64,000 nucleotides of DNA from a bacterium (GTDB lineage Bacteria > Patescibacteriota > Minisyncoccia > Phycocordibacterales > UBA5272), in assembly GCA_043719155.1 (NCBI GenBank), contig JAYSUJ010000022.1, forward strand, positions 10,448-74,447. The letters are read 5' to 3'. The notes under the pieces are model-generated. The model saw only the letters and a list, made by a program, of their open reading frames with translations. It was not told the DNA's origin and ran no database searches. Shown piece after piece: positions 21,723-34,400 of the stretch (position 1 is its first letter; each line of letters opens with the position of its first letter). The translations under genes and the position numbers were made by a program.

Positions 21723-21859
21723 ACTTTTATTATACCAAAAAAAACCACATTCAGCCCTAATTATACTTTTGACATTATTTATTAAATGTGTTAATATGTG
21801 TATACCAAAGTGCGCCGCGACTTTGAAGTCAACTGAAAACAGTGGTAAAGGAAACACTA

Positions 21860-22132
21860 ATGTGGGAAATCACGGAATGCCTAGTGCAAAGTGACATGCT
21901 TCTCAAAGGACTACTCGCGAAAGGATGGGAGCCTTTCTCAGTTCTTTCCAGAAAGGCTTTCCAAAATGGAGCTAACTTCGGCCCAGTCTGCTTTCTTCGT
22001 CGAAAGATTGAAGAAGAACTGGAGGTCAAAGCTCTTTTTACTCAAGATCAAGTCAAGGCACATCTTGCTGAAGGCTGGTCCTGGGTAGGATCCCAAGAAA
22101 GCATTGTTTACCTTTCGCGACCGAAACAATAA
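21860..22132 (+). CDS. Cassette E: 90-aa orphan protein with internal duplication
   Basis: TTGACA-17-TAATAT (21769-21797), 5' hairpin, SD AAAGGA, terminator 22154-22186. Confidence 0.75.
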   Translation: MWEITECLVQSDMLLKGLLAKGWEPFSVLSRKAFQNGANFGPVCFLRRKIEEELEVKALFTQDQVKAHLAEGWSWVGSQESIVYLSRPKQ

Positions 22133-22204
22133 ACTCGTTCCCGTTCTACCACTAGGGGAGTTCAGCACAGCTGAACTCCCCTTTTTATTTCAACTTTTTT
22201 TGCT

Positions 22205-24193
<1,989 letters not shown>

Positions 24194-24221
24194 TTATCAA
24201 ATAAATTATAACATTAAAAAA

Positions 24222-24707
24222 TTAATAGAAAAACTCTACAAGTCTAGCAACAACTCTCTTGCCGGACTCATCTTCACAGACTCTGTTTTGACCTGAAATT
24301 ACCATTTTATTTGAAATCTCAACATTATCTGGTTGACGGGTAGAGCTTACAACAGCACAAAAATCTCCCTGGTCTGTTGTAATTTTCATTTTCAAAACCG
24401 AGTCTTTTGCACCTGCATTATTGGTTGGTCCACTGACAAATTCCAAATCTGGTGAGGCAGTATTTCCAGCACAGTTTCCAGCATTCCCGTTGAATAAAAC
24501 GCTACTAGCACTTGTCGTGGCATTTTGTTCCTTGAATAATAGACATTCAAAAGCTGAGTCAGCAGTATAAAGTGCTTGAAAAGAACTAGAGTCAATGTTC
24601 ATTATCTCTATTTGCTTAATCAAAAGTAAGTACATTGAGGTTAAAATTGATACAACAATTGCCGAAAAGAAAATTGCAAACATGGACACAAAAGCTTTTT
24701 TTTTCAT
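24222..24707 (-). CDS. PilX/PilK-like minor pilin
   Basis: KKKA|FVSMF hydrophobic N-terminus lacking Glu5; ALYTADSAFEC; last gene of pilin cluster. Confidence 0.65.
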   Translation of the reverse strand: MKKKAFVSMFAIFFSAIVVSILTSMYLLLIKQIEIMNIDSSSFQALYTADSAFECLLFKEQNATTSASSVLFNGNAGNCAGNTASPDLEFVSGPTNNAGAKDSVLKMKITTDQGDFCAVVSSTRQPDNVEISNKMVISGQNRVCEDESGKRVVARLVEFFY

Positions 24708-24711
24708 ATTC

Positions 24712-25233
24712 TTATTTTATGTTTATGTTAAAAAGTAATTTTTTTAAATTGACCTGAACTTTCACACCATTAACATCTGACCAAACAAGACTTTCCACAA
24801 TAAAGCCAGTCCTATCGGGGTTTTCAGTAAATTTAATTTTTCTAAAAAAATCTGTTGGCTCACCCCCAACTTTAAATAAGGTATCATCGTCTCTTCCTAA
24901 TCTGCAACTGTCATCAGAGAGGCTTGAAATTTGCGAAGTACAAGCCGCAACTCTCGGAAGCGGAGAGAAACCGTCCCAGTCTATACTACAGCCGTCGGCA
25001 CAAGTCAGATTAACTTCAGCTTTGAAAGCCTCAACATCAGCATTTCTAAGAGAGGTAGACAGCTCTAAACCTTCTTGAGATAGTCCTGTTGCTACTATTC
25101 TTGCTCTTATAAGTTGAGAGTAGCTGTAACTTCTGTACATAAAAGTAAGTGGTGCAGTGATCATGATTGTTATTGCCAAAAGTGTTACCAAGGTTTCAAC
25201 TATTGTAAAGGCAGATTTATTTGTATTTTTCAT
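24712..25233 (-). CDS. Type IV minor pilin (PilV-like)
   Basis: KSA|FTIVETLV N-methylation motif. Confidence 0.82.
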   Translation of the reverse strand: MKNTNKSAFTIVETLVTLLAITIMITAPLTFMYRSYSYSQLIRARIVATGLSQEGLELSTSLRNADVEAFKAEVNLTCADGCSIDWDGFSPLPRVAACTSQISSLSDDSCRLGRDDDTLFKVGGEPTDFFRKIKFTENPDRTGFIVESLVWSDVNGVKVQVNLKKLLFNINIK

Positions 25234-25236
25234 ATT

Positions 25237-25974
25237 CTAAAAATAAGTGATTAGACGTTGTGCAATACTTGTTTGGATTTCTACACTCCCTGCTTCTGTA
25301 TGCTTCAATTTCATTTTCACTCTGACCATAGGGTTTTTTGGATTTTCTGAACCAGTAGTTTCGTCAACAAAAACATCGAATGAAAGCTTTTCAATTATTA
25401 TATCTTCTGGCAACATAGATGCGCCCAGGTCGCAGCGCTTCTCAAAAATTAAACCCCCTGTGAGAATTTGAAAATCAGAAACCTTATAAAGCTTTCCTCC
25501 TGTTATACAAAAAGCATTCTGATCTACCAGAGTATTTGGATTTCCATTTTGAGATTCAAAAACAATGTAAGGAGAGTTTTTAGCTCGAGTCAATAGCTGA
25601 CTGTTGTCATTTGTTTCTGTACAAACCGTTCCCGTATAGCCTGCTCCTAAATTTCTTCGAGCGTCGATACAGTCCTGGGTAAAATTTTCACTCCTAATTG
25701 CAGTAGATCTTATACGGATTATTGTAGAATCTGCAGAAGTCAAAACCCCAGAATAGTTATAGCCGTATCGCAATTGTCTTGACATGTTTTCAAGGGTAAT
25801 TTGCGCAGTTTGAGTTAGGAAAAGTTGAGCTTGTATTCTTTTCTGGGCCCCTATCATTGATATTGTAATAGTTATAACAGTTGTTATTATAAATGAAAAA
25901 ATAGCCAGAGAAACTATTATCTCAATGAGAGAAAAAGCACTTTTTCTACTTTTGTTTTTACCAGTCTGATACAT
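25237..25974 (-). CDS. Type IV minor pilin (PilW-like)
   Basis: KSA|FSLIEIIVSL; start placed at MYQTGK. Confidence 0.82.
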   Translation of the reverse strand: MYQTGKNKSRKSAFSLIEIIVSLAIFSFIITTVITITISMIGAQKRIQAQLFLTQTAQITLENMSRQLRYGYNYSGVLTSADSTIIRIRSTAIRSENFTQDCIDARRNLGAGYTGTVCTETNDNSQLLTRAKNSPYIVFESQNGNPNTLVDQNAFCITGGKLYKVSDFQILTGGLIFEKRCDLGASMLPEDIIIEKLSFDVFVDETTGSENPKNPMVRVKMKLKHTEAGSVEIQTSIAQRLITYF

Positions 25975-26560
25975 ACATTTGTCCCGTAGAAAGTATAACA
26001 ACCTTTTTCTTAAAAACATTATTCTTTTTGCTACTGAGAGTAACCTCCAATTTATCGAAGCTCAAACTGTCAGATGGTACTAAATTTGTTGATCCCTCAA
26101 GTCCGAAAAGCTTTGCCTCTGGGTTTGGTCTTTTAAAGACACCATAGGCAGTAACAAGCTCAGTTGAAACATTTTGTCTGAAACCCACAATACTAGAAAT
26201 GGTAAACTGGTCTTTTAAAACAGCTGGGGAAGCTTCTGGGTCATTTTCTAAACAGCTTTGATACTTGATATTTGTAAACTCGCCGTTAAAACAATTTTCA
26301 ACCTCCCTACGCAACCTCTTTATTTCATTGCTACTTTTTGAAAACACGAAACCATTGGCAAACTTTTTTCCTGGTACAGATAGAGAAGAGATACCAAAAG
26401 TTTGTGTCTCCCGAAAAAAAGCCAACATTTTATAGGTATCGGTAGAAAGGGAGATCTGTTCTGCGAATTTAGGATATGAGGAAACACTCAAAACAGCCAT
26501 AATAGCTATAATTGACATAGATACCAAGAGCTCAATAAGTGTAAAGGCTGAATATTTCAT
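25958..26560 (-). CDS. Type IV minor pilin (FimU/FimT-like)
   Basis: YSA|FTLIELLVSM; C-terminal ILSTGQM. Confidence 0.82.
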   Translation of the reverse strand: MKYSAFTLIELLVSMSIIAIMAVLSVSSYPKFAEQISLSTDTYKMLAFFRETQTFGISSLSVPGKKFANGFVFSKSSNEIKRLRREVENCFNGEFTNIKYQSCLENDPEASPAVLKDQFTISSIVGFRQNVSTELVTAYGVFKRPNPEAKLFGLEGSTNLVPSDSLSFDKLEVTLSSKKNNVFKKKVVILSTGQMYVSDW

Positions 26561-27311
26561 TTAGAGAAAGTATATCTTGGATTTTTATTATATGGTAATT
26601 AGTTATCAAGATAAAAAGTGATGCAACAAAAATAATTGGTAAAAAAGGCATTCTTACATTTCTTTCAAACTCCTTCTTAATTATAAGTAGATAACAAATA
26701 CCATATATTGCTCCAAACCAAACTGAATAGAGAAATATAGAAATCGAAAATTGAGTTCCAAAAAAAAGTGAGAGAGCTGTATAGACATAGGGATCAGCTT
26801 CACCGATGGCATTTTTATTTATAAAATAAATTAGCCAAAAAGGTAAAATCACCAAAAGTGCAACCATTTCAAAACCCAAAAACAAAGATTTCAAGAGTCC
26901 TAAAATCATAAGTGCATATACAAATTTAGAGCTAACTTGCATGTCCGCAAGATCTTCCAACACCAATGCCAAGAAAATACCGCCAAATATCAAGGCAAAA
27001 ACAATATGTAGAAAACCCAAACTTCCAAAGTATACAGAGGAAAACAAAAACCATAGCCCAAGTAGAATTTCACCTACAAATAAAGAAAGCGGGATTTTAG
27101 TTTTACAAAAAAAACACTTCCCTTGCAAAAAAATGAAGGAAACAACTGGTATCAAGTGATAAAATTTAAGTTGGGTTTTGCAGGATTTACACGCCGACCT
27201 AGTGTTAAGTAGGAAAAAACTTTTAGCACCATCCTGGAAAACACAAATAGCAGAAGCGACAGAAGCTCCGAGAAAAAAAATTATTGAATATACAAAAAAA
27301 AGGTTTGTCAT
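26532..27311 (-). CDS. pilD: Prepilin peptidase (A24 family)
   Basis: RSACKSC and GKCFFC Cys pairs, IPVVSF, MPFLP; upstream of pilins. Confidence 0.85.
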   Translation of the reverse strand: MTNLFFVYSIIFFLGASVASAICVFQDGAKSFFLLNTRSACKSCKTQLKFYHLIPVVSFIFLQGKCFFCKTKIPLSLFVGEILLGLWFLFSSVYFGSLGFLHIVFALIFGGIFLALVLEDLADMQVSSKFVYALMILGLLKSLFLGFEMVALLVILPFWLIYFINKNAIGEADPYVYTALSLFFGTQFSISIFLYSVWFGAIYGICYLLIIKKEFERNVRMPFLPIIFVASLFILITNYHIIKIQDILSLNEIFSLYTY

Positions 27312-29041
27312 ATAAAAGATAAATCTTTTTTTAGACTAGTTGAAATCTTTGTTAGGTCTTGCATCCGTTTTAAATTCTCTTCTAGGCTTTGTCCCTCTCG
27401 TATTTCATTTTTACAATCCTCTATTAACTTAGCTAAAAGTTTTTTCATAAACTCATAAATAACTTCTTGTACATGCTGGACAAGCTTGAATTCGTTATCA
27501 TTTTTTGATACTTTTTCAGCCTTTTTTCTTTCAATATTTATTACTTCTCTATTTAAAATTTCGTCCGGTATTCCTTCAAGTGTAAACTCTGCATTTTCTG
27601 GCTTCTGTAAACCTAAATAGTACTTTAGCTTTGTACTTAAAAAATCCTTGAATTCCAAATCTTCTAGTAGAGAGAGAGAAGCGGCACATTCTGCCAGCAT
27701 AGTCATAATTTCTATTTGCGGAATCTTTTTTTTCTCCTTTTTTATTTGAAGTACAACTTCGCTTTGCACATTTTCTGTTTCTTGTTTAATTATGGAGACA
27801 TCAATATCTAATGCTGATGCGATTTCTTTCGTGTAAGTTTCTTTTAAAAGTGGACTTTTTACTACCCTCAAAAGGGGGAACAGATCTTTTCGCAAAAGCT
27901 GTATTTGTCTCGGCTTAATTTTTTCTTTTTCTAAAATTATTTCTGTGATGAGTGTCAAAATGGGTTTTGGCTCACCTACAGCTTTCTTCCAATTTTCTGT
28001 TTTGTCTTTTTGGTCATGCAGAATCATATCGGCTGGGTCTTTATCAATTAGTTTTATACCCTCTACTTCCATGTCACTTTCTAATGCCAATGCTGCGCTC
28101 TTAAGCATAGCAGCGTAACCTGCTTTGTCGGTGTCCAATGCTAAAACAACAGTTTCTGAAAAACGCTTTAAAATAGAAATATGTTCTGGTGTGAAAGCAG
28201 TACCGGAAATGGCAACTGTATTTGTATTGCCAGCTTGATGCGACATTACCACATCCATCTGCCCTTCCACTACCAACACTTTTTTGAGTTTTGCAATTTC
28301 ACTTTTTGCCTTGTCATAACCAAACAGAATTGCACTCTTGTGATACATGGGTGTTTCTGGACTGTTTACATACTTTGCTACTCCGTCTCGACCCTCGTCT
28401 GAGCCAATTATTCTGCCACTATAGGCCACTACCTTACCAGATGCATTCATAACGGGAAACATAACTCTACTTCTAAATCTGTCATATAAACCTTTTTCAT
28501 GTTTTATACAAACTCCACTAGTTACAATTTCTTCATCTGTATAACCCGCTTTATTTAACTTGGTATAAAGCTGTCTCCAGTCATTTGGGGCAAAGCCTAT
28601 TCTAAATTTTTGCACTGTTTCATTGTTTACCCCCCTTCTTTTTAAATATTCTTTGGCTTCTGTGTTTTGGGATAAATTATGTTCAAAAAAAAGAGTTGAG
28701 TTTTCCAAAATGTCTATAAGTGAAGATGTTTCTTCTTTTTTAAAGTTTGCTAAACTGACCCCGGCTTTGTCCGCAAGCATTCGAAGTGCATCTTTAAAAT
28801 TTATACCTTCAATTTTCATTGTAAATCCAAAAATGTCACCATGTTCGCTACAGCCAAAACAATGATAAAAACCTTTGGCAGGGTTTATATAAAAACTTGG
28901 TGACTTTTCATTATGAAATGGGCATCTGGCCCTAAATTGTGACCCAGCTTTCTCTAGCTTTACATATGTTGAAACTACATCTAAAATATTTAGCCTATCT
29001 CGTATTAAATCCAAATTTGCGTTATTTTTACCCTGCAACAT
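27308..29041 (-). CDS. dnaG: DNA primase
   Basis: CPFHNEKSPSF..CFGC, KYVNSPET, VEGQMD, DTDKAG. Confidence 0.98.
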   Translation of the reverse strand: MLQGKNNANLDLIRDRLNILDVVSTYVKLEKAGSQFRARCPFHNEKSPSFYINPAKGFYHCFGCSEHGDIFGFTMKIEGINFKDALRMLADKAGVSLANFKKEETSSLIDILENSTLFFEHNLSQNTEAKEYLKRRGVNNETVQKFRIGFAPNDWRQLYTKLNKAGYTDEEIVTSGVCIKHEKGLYDRFRSRVMFPVMNASGKVVAYSGRIIGSDEGRDGVAKYVNSPETPMYHKSAILFGYDKAKSEIAKLKKVLVVEGQMDVVMSHQAGNTNTVAISGTAFTPEHISILKRFSETVVLALDTDKAGYAAMLKSAALALESDMEVEGIKLIDKDPADMILHDQKDKTENWKKAVGEPKPILTLITEIILEKEKIKPRQIQLLRKDLFPLLRVVKSPLLKETYTKEIASALDIDVSIIKQETENVQSEVVLQIKKEKKKIPQIEIMTMLAECAASLSLLEDLEFKDFLSTKLKYYLGLQKPENAEFTLEGIPDEILNREVINIERKKAEKVSKNDNEFKLVQHVQEVIYEFMKKLLAKLIEDCKNEIREGQSLEENLKRMQDLTKISTSLKKDLSFI

Positions 29042-29065
29042 GTAGACAGTATAACATTTTTGTCA

Positions 29066-29932
29066 TTAGTTTTTCCCTGTCTTGTAAGACCCTAAAACTT
29101 TGACTTCTTTTGCAATTTCTCTTAAATTACTTAATGCATTAGCTATATTTGTGTCACTTTCTTTTCCTTCAAAATCTAAATAAAAGTAATATTTCCATGG
29201 TGACTTTGGAACTGGTCTACTTTCAATTTTGGTTAAATTTATATCTCTTAAAGAAAAACAAGCTAGAGCTTTAAAGAGAAAACCTGTAATATTGCCACCA
29301 GTAAAAATAATAGAAGTTTTATACTTATCATTTTGCACTATTCCCCTCCTGCCTGAGGAGGGGTTAGAGGTGGTGGGAGATTCTTTTGAAATTACCAAAA
29401 ATCTTGTATAATTATTTTTGTCATCTTGAAAGTCCTTTTTTAGAACTTTTAGATTATGCATGTTTCCAGCTTTAACAGATGCTATACAGGCTTTACTTTT
29501 GTCATTGGTTTTTTTTACAAATTCAGCCGAGCCGGCTGTATCAAAATATTCCACAATTTTTGCGTTAGGTAAATATTCTTTTAAATTATGCTCACATTGA
29601 GCCAGTGCCTGCCAGTGACTATATACCTCTTTTATGTCCTCATTCTTTGTTTCCGGTAAAACTAAAAGCTGATGGTTCACATGCACATACGCTTCACCAA
29701 CTACTTTTAAATCGTGTTTACCGAGTAAATCAAAATTTTTATGTATAGATCCCGCAAGAGAATTTTCAACGGGGATTACCCCAAAATCTAAACCCCCACT
29801 TTCTACACCTTCAAAAATAGATTCGAAATCTTTGCAGCCAACAAGATCTACATTTTTTGATAACTCTTTAGAAAAACTCTCTGCAGCCATTTCGCTATAA
29901 GCACCCGAGACACCCTGATAGCCTATTTTCAT
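29066..29932 (-). CDS. pheA: Prephenate dehydratase (PDT + ACT)
   Basis: GAYSE, PVENS, TRF, NLTKIESRP, VLGSY. Confidence 0.95.
   Translation of the reverse strand: MKIGYQGVSGAYSEMAAESFSKELSKNVDLVGCKDFESIFEGVESGGLDFGVIPVENSLAGSIHKNFDLLGKHDLKVVGEAYVHVNHQLLVLPETKNEDIKEVYSHWQALAQCEHNLKEYLPNAKIVEYFDTAGSAEFVKKTNDKSKACIASVKAGNMHNLKVLKKDFQDDKNNYTRFLVISKESPTTSNPSSGRRGIVQNDKYKTSIIFTGGNITGFLFKALACFSLRDINLTKIESRPVPKSPWKYYFYLDFEGKESDTNIANALSNLREIAKEVKVLGSYKTGKN
29343..29374 (+). repeat. REP-like palindromic element inside pheA
   Basis: CCCCTCCT-GCCTG-AGGAGGGG-TTAGAGGTGGT. Confidence 0.7.
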
Positions 29933-30207
29933 ATTTCCTGTTCTTGTTCCACAATCTCCTCTATTCTATTTACAATTAAATCGTCAAGAGTTTTTTCTGT
30001 TTCTGTGTTCAAATCTGCCTCAGCTTTTACAAATTCTGCAGTGGTTTTCAATACGTCTCGCAGGTTTAAATCTAATTTGCTGTCTATCTCTGATAGCTCT
30101 ATTAATAGAGCATCCATTTCCTGATCCAACTTCAAACTTTCTTGCTCCATTTCGGCTTCTAATTTAGCAATATCTTCCTCGGTCATAATTTCTTCATTTT
30201 CTTGCAT
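29929..30207 (-). CDS. Acidic helical hypothetical protein
   Basis: 92-aa ORF overlapping the pheA start by 4 nt. Confidence 0.65.
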   Translation of the reverse strand: MQENEEIMTEEDIAKLEAEMEQESLKLDQEMDALLIELSEIDSKLDLNLRDVLKTTAEFVKAEADLNTETEKTLDDLIVNRIEEIVEQEQEI

Positions 30208-30211
30208 ATTC

Positions 30212-31366
30212 TTATTTAATTGTATTTACAAAATCTATAACTTTCTTTACTAATTCAGGATTGTCTGTATTACCGTTTAACTGAGTTAGAAAAACATTTC
30301 TTAGCTGGTCTTTAGTGACATTATTTTTATCTGGCACGAGTGGCTGTGCATCAAAATTTTGGTCTATTTTTTTTAATTTCCCATCAGTAATTTCAGTACT
30401 AAATTCTTGATTCCACTCTGTTAAAAACCCTAATATTTCTGGGTCTTTCAAAACTTTTTCTGTTCCAATTACAGCTGCAGGTTGCACAGTATATGTTTCT
30501 GTCTGCTTGGTAGCATTTACTGGGTTCTTGAGCTCACTTTTCATTTTTTTAATTTCCCCCTCAAGTAGGTCTACTTTACTTTTTACTTCATTATATTTTT
30601 TTTCTAGCTCCCCACTTATTTTGCTGTGCCTTTTTATAACTTCCGCGTATTTTAATCTGCCAACCACATTAAACTTGCTCAAAGAATTTAACTTTGACAC
30701 AAAACTATTCGACCTTAAAATGCTTGCAACTATCGACTTCCTTGCAAGATCCAACCTTTCTTTTGCGGCTGCCAATTCCTTTTCTTTTTTGACTATCTCC
30801 TCATTTTTTTTAGCCTCTATTGCCTCTTTTTTTTTCTCATAATTTTCATTAATAGCATTGACATTGGAAGTATACCCGTCTCTCTTTTTCTGGCTGTGAG
30901 TCTTTTTATCCTCTTGAACTTGTTTTTCAATTATAAATTTCTTCATTTGCGGGTTGGAATCAATCATTTCTTTTAGTTTAACTGGGTCAGAACTATATTC
31001 TGAATACTGTCTAGTTAAAGTCCGTGTTAATTTTTCTATTTCGCTATTTCTAAGATTAATTTTTTTGTCCAAACTCTTTATTTTATCGGAGTTGCGCGAC
31101 AACAGAGTTTCATTCATTACGAGTTTAAATTTCCTAGAAATAGCCGACTCATTTTGTCCACTAGACTCGGTACTTTTTGCAATAACTCTACTCCATATCT
31201 CTTTCCCTTTTTTTGACAACCTCTCTGTAACCTCAGGCAAACTCTGAACAGTCTCTTTTGCTTTACTCAAAAAACTTTTAACTTTTTCTCTTACATTTAA
31301 ACCTGTATAAGTTTTTTTCTCTGATTGTTTTGGTACAGATGATGATGCTGACTTTTCTGGTGACAT
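30212..31366 (-). CDS. Lys-rich coiled-coil hypothetical protein
   Basis: 384-aa ORF with host-like composition. Confidence 0.75.
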   Translation of the reverse strand: MSPEKSASSSVPKQSEKKTYTGLNVREKVKSFLSKAKETVQSLPEVTERLSKKGKEIWSRVIAKSTESSGQNESAISRKFKLVMNETLLSRNSDKIKSLDKKINLRNSEIEKLTRTLTRQYSEYSSDPVKLKEMIDSNPQMKKFIIEKQVQEDKKTHSQKKRDGYTSNVNAINENYEKKKEAIEAKKNEEIVKKEKELAAAKERLDLARKSIVASILRSNSFVSKLNSLSKFNVVGRLKYAEVIKRHSKISGELEKKYNEVKSKVDLLEGEIKKMKSELKNPVNATKQTETYTVQPAAVIGTEKVLKDPEILGFLTEWNQEFSTEITDGKLKKIDQNFDAQPLVPDKNNVTKDQLRNVFLTQLNGNTDNPELVKKVIDFVNTIK

Positions 31367-31414
31367 ATTATTTATTTCTTTAACAAAAGTATAATTTTAT
31401 TTCTACTTTTTTGC

Positions 31415-31456
31415 AAACAAAAAACACGATAAATTTCTCTACAGTGTTTTTTGTTT
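31415..31456 (-). terminator. Terminator after rpoC
   Basis: AAACAAAAAACAC...GTGTTTTTTGTTT inverted repeat. Confidence 0.6.
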
Positions 31457-31468
31457 ATAAAGCTCTAA

Positions 31469-34400
31469 TTAGCGTCCATCAAAATCAGAGTCTTTCTCGG
31501 CTGCTCTTACTGCAGCTTCGTCCGCTCTTTCTTGTTTCGTTCTAAAGCCCGTTCCTACTGGCACCAGTCTTCCTGCCATTACATTTTCCTTCAAACCTAC
31601 CAACTCATCTGTTTGACCACGAGTTGCAGCCTTGATTAGGATTTTTGTAGTGTTTTGGAAGGACGCTGCCGACAACCAAGACTCCGTTGTAAGAGAAGCC
31701 TGGGTAATACCTTGTACAATAGCCTCGAAAGTGGCTGGCTTGCCACCTTTTTCGACTATTTTCTTGTTCTCTTTCGCTACGGTATAGTCTGGAATAATGT
31801 CTCCAGCAGAGTATCTTGTATCTCCACCTTCCAACACCTCCACACGACTAAACATTTGCTTGATGATGATGTCCAAATGCTTTCTAGAAATACTTGCACC
31901 TTGTAACTCATAAACTTTTGTCACTTCAAAAGCGATATAGTCTTGAGCAGCTTCGGCACCAGCGATCTCAAACAACTCTTCGATGTCTGCCGATCCGTCT
32001 GTCAACAAGTCTCCTCTTTTCACTTTGTCACCAACTTTTACTACCAGTACACGTTTCGAATTTACCTCAATTTGTACAGACTTCTTCTTATCTTTAGTGC
32101 TTTCATTTTCGTCTAGAATTAAGGTTAAGATTTTATCATTACCATTGTTTTGTATCTCTAACACTTCTCCATTAAAGGGAGCAAGTGAGGCAGGAATTTG
32201 AGTTTTTGGCATTCTTTTTTCGAACAACTCAGTAACACGAGGAAGACCTTGAGTAATGTCGATTTCTGCTACACCTCCCGAGTGGAAAGTACGCATTGTC
32301 AGCTGTGTTCCTGGCTCACCGATGGCCTGCGCTGCAACGATACCCACAGCTTCTCCCATTCTAACCAATGTCCCACGACCCATATCTAGTCCATAACATT
32401 TCTGACAAAGTCCACGCACTGCATGACAAGTAAGAGGTGTACGAATAGCTACACTTGTAACTCCGGAGCTTTCAATTTCTTTTGCTTCAAATTGTTTTAG
32501 CAAGTCTCCTTTTTTTGCAACGATTTTTCCATTTGCGTCTATTACATCTGCTGCCAAAATTCTTCCCCAAATAGATTTCCAAAGTGGGATCTCGATTCCA
32601 GAAATGTTTTGTGCTGTTGCCATTTTTATCTCTTCAGTATTACAGTCTTCCTCAGAGATCATGGTGTCTTGAGCCACGTCTACCAACTTACGAGTAAAGT
32701 ATCCAGCTTGAGCTGTTTTAAGAGCCGTATCTGAACCACCTTTACGAGCTCCGTAAGAAGTTACGAAATACTCAATCGGTGTCAAACCTTCTTTGTAAGA
32801 GTTGATAATTGGAAAGTCTAAAGTACGTCCAGTGTTGTTTTGAATAAGACCTTTCATACCTGCCAACTGTACCAGCTGTCCATATGTTCCACGGGCTCCA
32901 CTGATAACCATGTCGCGAATCGGGTTTCCAGTTTTGAAAGCTCCATTTAAAGATTTTTCGATTCTAGATTTTGCCGAAGTCCAGATGGCAATGATTTTTT
33001 TATATCTTTCCTCAGTACTTAGGAAACCATCGTTAAAATTACTTTCAACTTCCAACACTAGTTTATTTGACTCTTCGATAATTGCTTTTTTCTCTACAGG
33101 AATTTCAACATCAAACAAACCGAATGTTACACCTGACTTAGTCGCATAACCGAAAGCAAAGTTCTTAACTTTGTCAAAAATTACCCAAGAATTCTCCAAA
33201 CCGTAACGATCGATAACATCTTCTAAAAGTTTGGAAATGAGTTTTTTGTCCAATGCTTCGTTTACATATTCATAGTCATTTGGTAAAACTGAGTTGAACA
33301 AAAGTCGTCCAACTGTTGTCTCAAAAATCTTGCCGCCAAATTTTGCGTACCTAGGTGAAGAAGTCGGAAGTACAATAATTTTTGATCTGAAAGAAACCAC
33401 ACCGTTTTCATGAGCTAATATCGCTTCGTTTGGTGAAGAGAAATATTGTTTTTTATCTGTCTCAATAATTGTTGTCATCCAGTACACACCGAGAACAATA
33501 TCTAAAAGCTTTCCAAAGAAAGAAGGGACACCGTCACCTGGTTTCAAAATGTTTTTTTGGGCCGCCATGATCTCTCTTGACTCCATTTGCGCTTCCTCTG
33601 AAAGTGGTAAGTGAACAGCCATTTGGTCTCCATCGAAGTCGGCATTGAAAGCTGGACAAACTAATGGATGGAGTTGTATAGCGTTTCCTTCAATAAGCTT
33701 TACCAAGAAGGCTTGCATACCTAAACGGTGCAAAGTAGGAGCACGGTTTAGCAAAACATATTTTCCTTGTATGACTTCTTCTAAAATTGCCCAAACTTCT
33801 GGTTGACCTTCTTCTATCATTTTGTTTGCACCTTTAATGTTGAAAGTAAATTGTCTTTCCAAAAGTTTTGAAATAATAAACGGTTTGAACAACTCTAGTG
33901 CCATGTGCTTTGGTAAACCACACTCATTCAAGTTCAGTCTTGGTCCAACCACAATCACCGAGCGGGCTGAATAGTCTACACGCTTTCCAAGTAAGTTTTG
34001 ACGGAGCATACCTTGCTTGCCTTGCAAGTTGTCAGCCAGAGATTTAAGCTGACGACGTTGTGTCGCGTTCATGGCCATCTCTTTAGCTCCTCGTGCCGAG
34101 TTGTCCATAAGTGAGTCCACAGCTTCTTGCAAAATACGCTTTTCGTTTCGCAAAATAACGTCTGGTGCCCCAATGTCTTTTAATTTCTTGAGACGATTGT
34201 TACGATTTATCACTCTTCGGTACAAGTCGTTCACGTCGGACGTAGCGTGACGTCCACCTTCCAAAGCTACCATTGGACGTAATCCAGGAGGGATAACTGG
34301 CAATGTTTTGATAAACATCCACTCAGGCCTTTGATTTGACTCTTTTAAGGCTCTTACAATTGAAAGTCTCTTTTGCAATTTCTCCTCTCCAGCTTTACCT

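Noticed and set aside
27308-27310. Alternative genetic code (UGA=Gly, as in Gracilibacteria/Absconditabacteria)
   Set aside because: Long core genes are intact under code 11, and TGA serves as the stop of dnaG and other genes.
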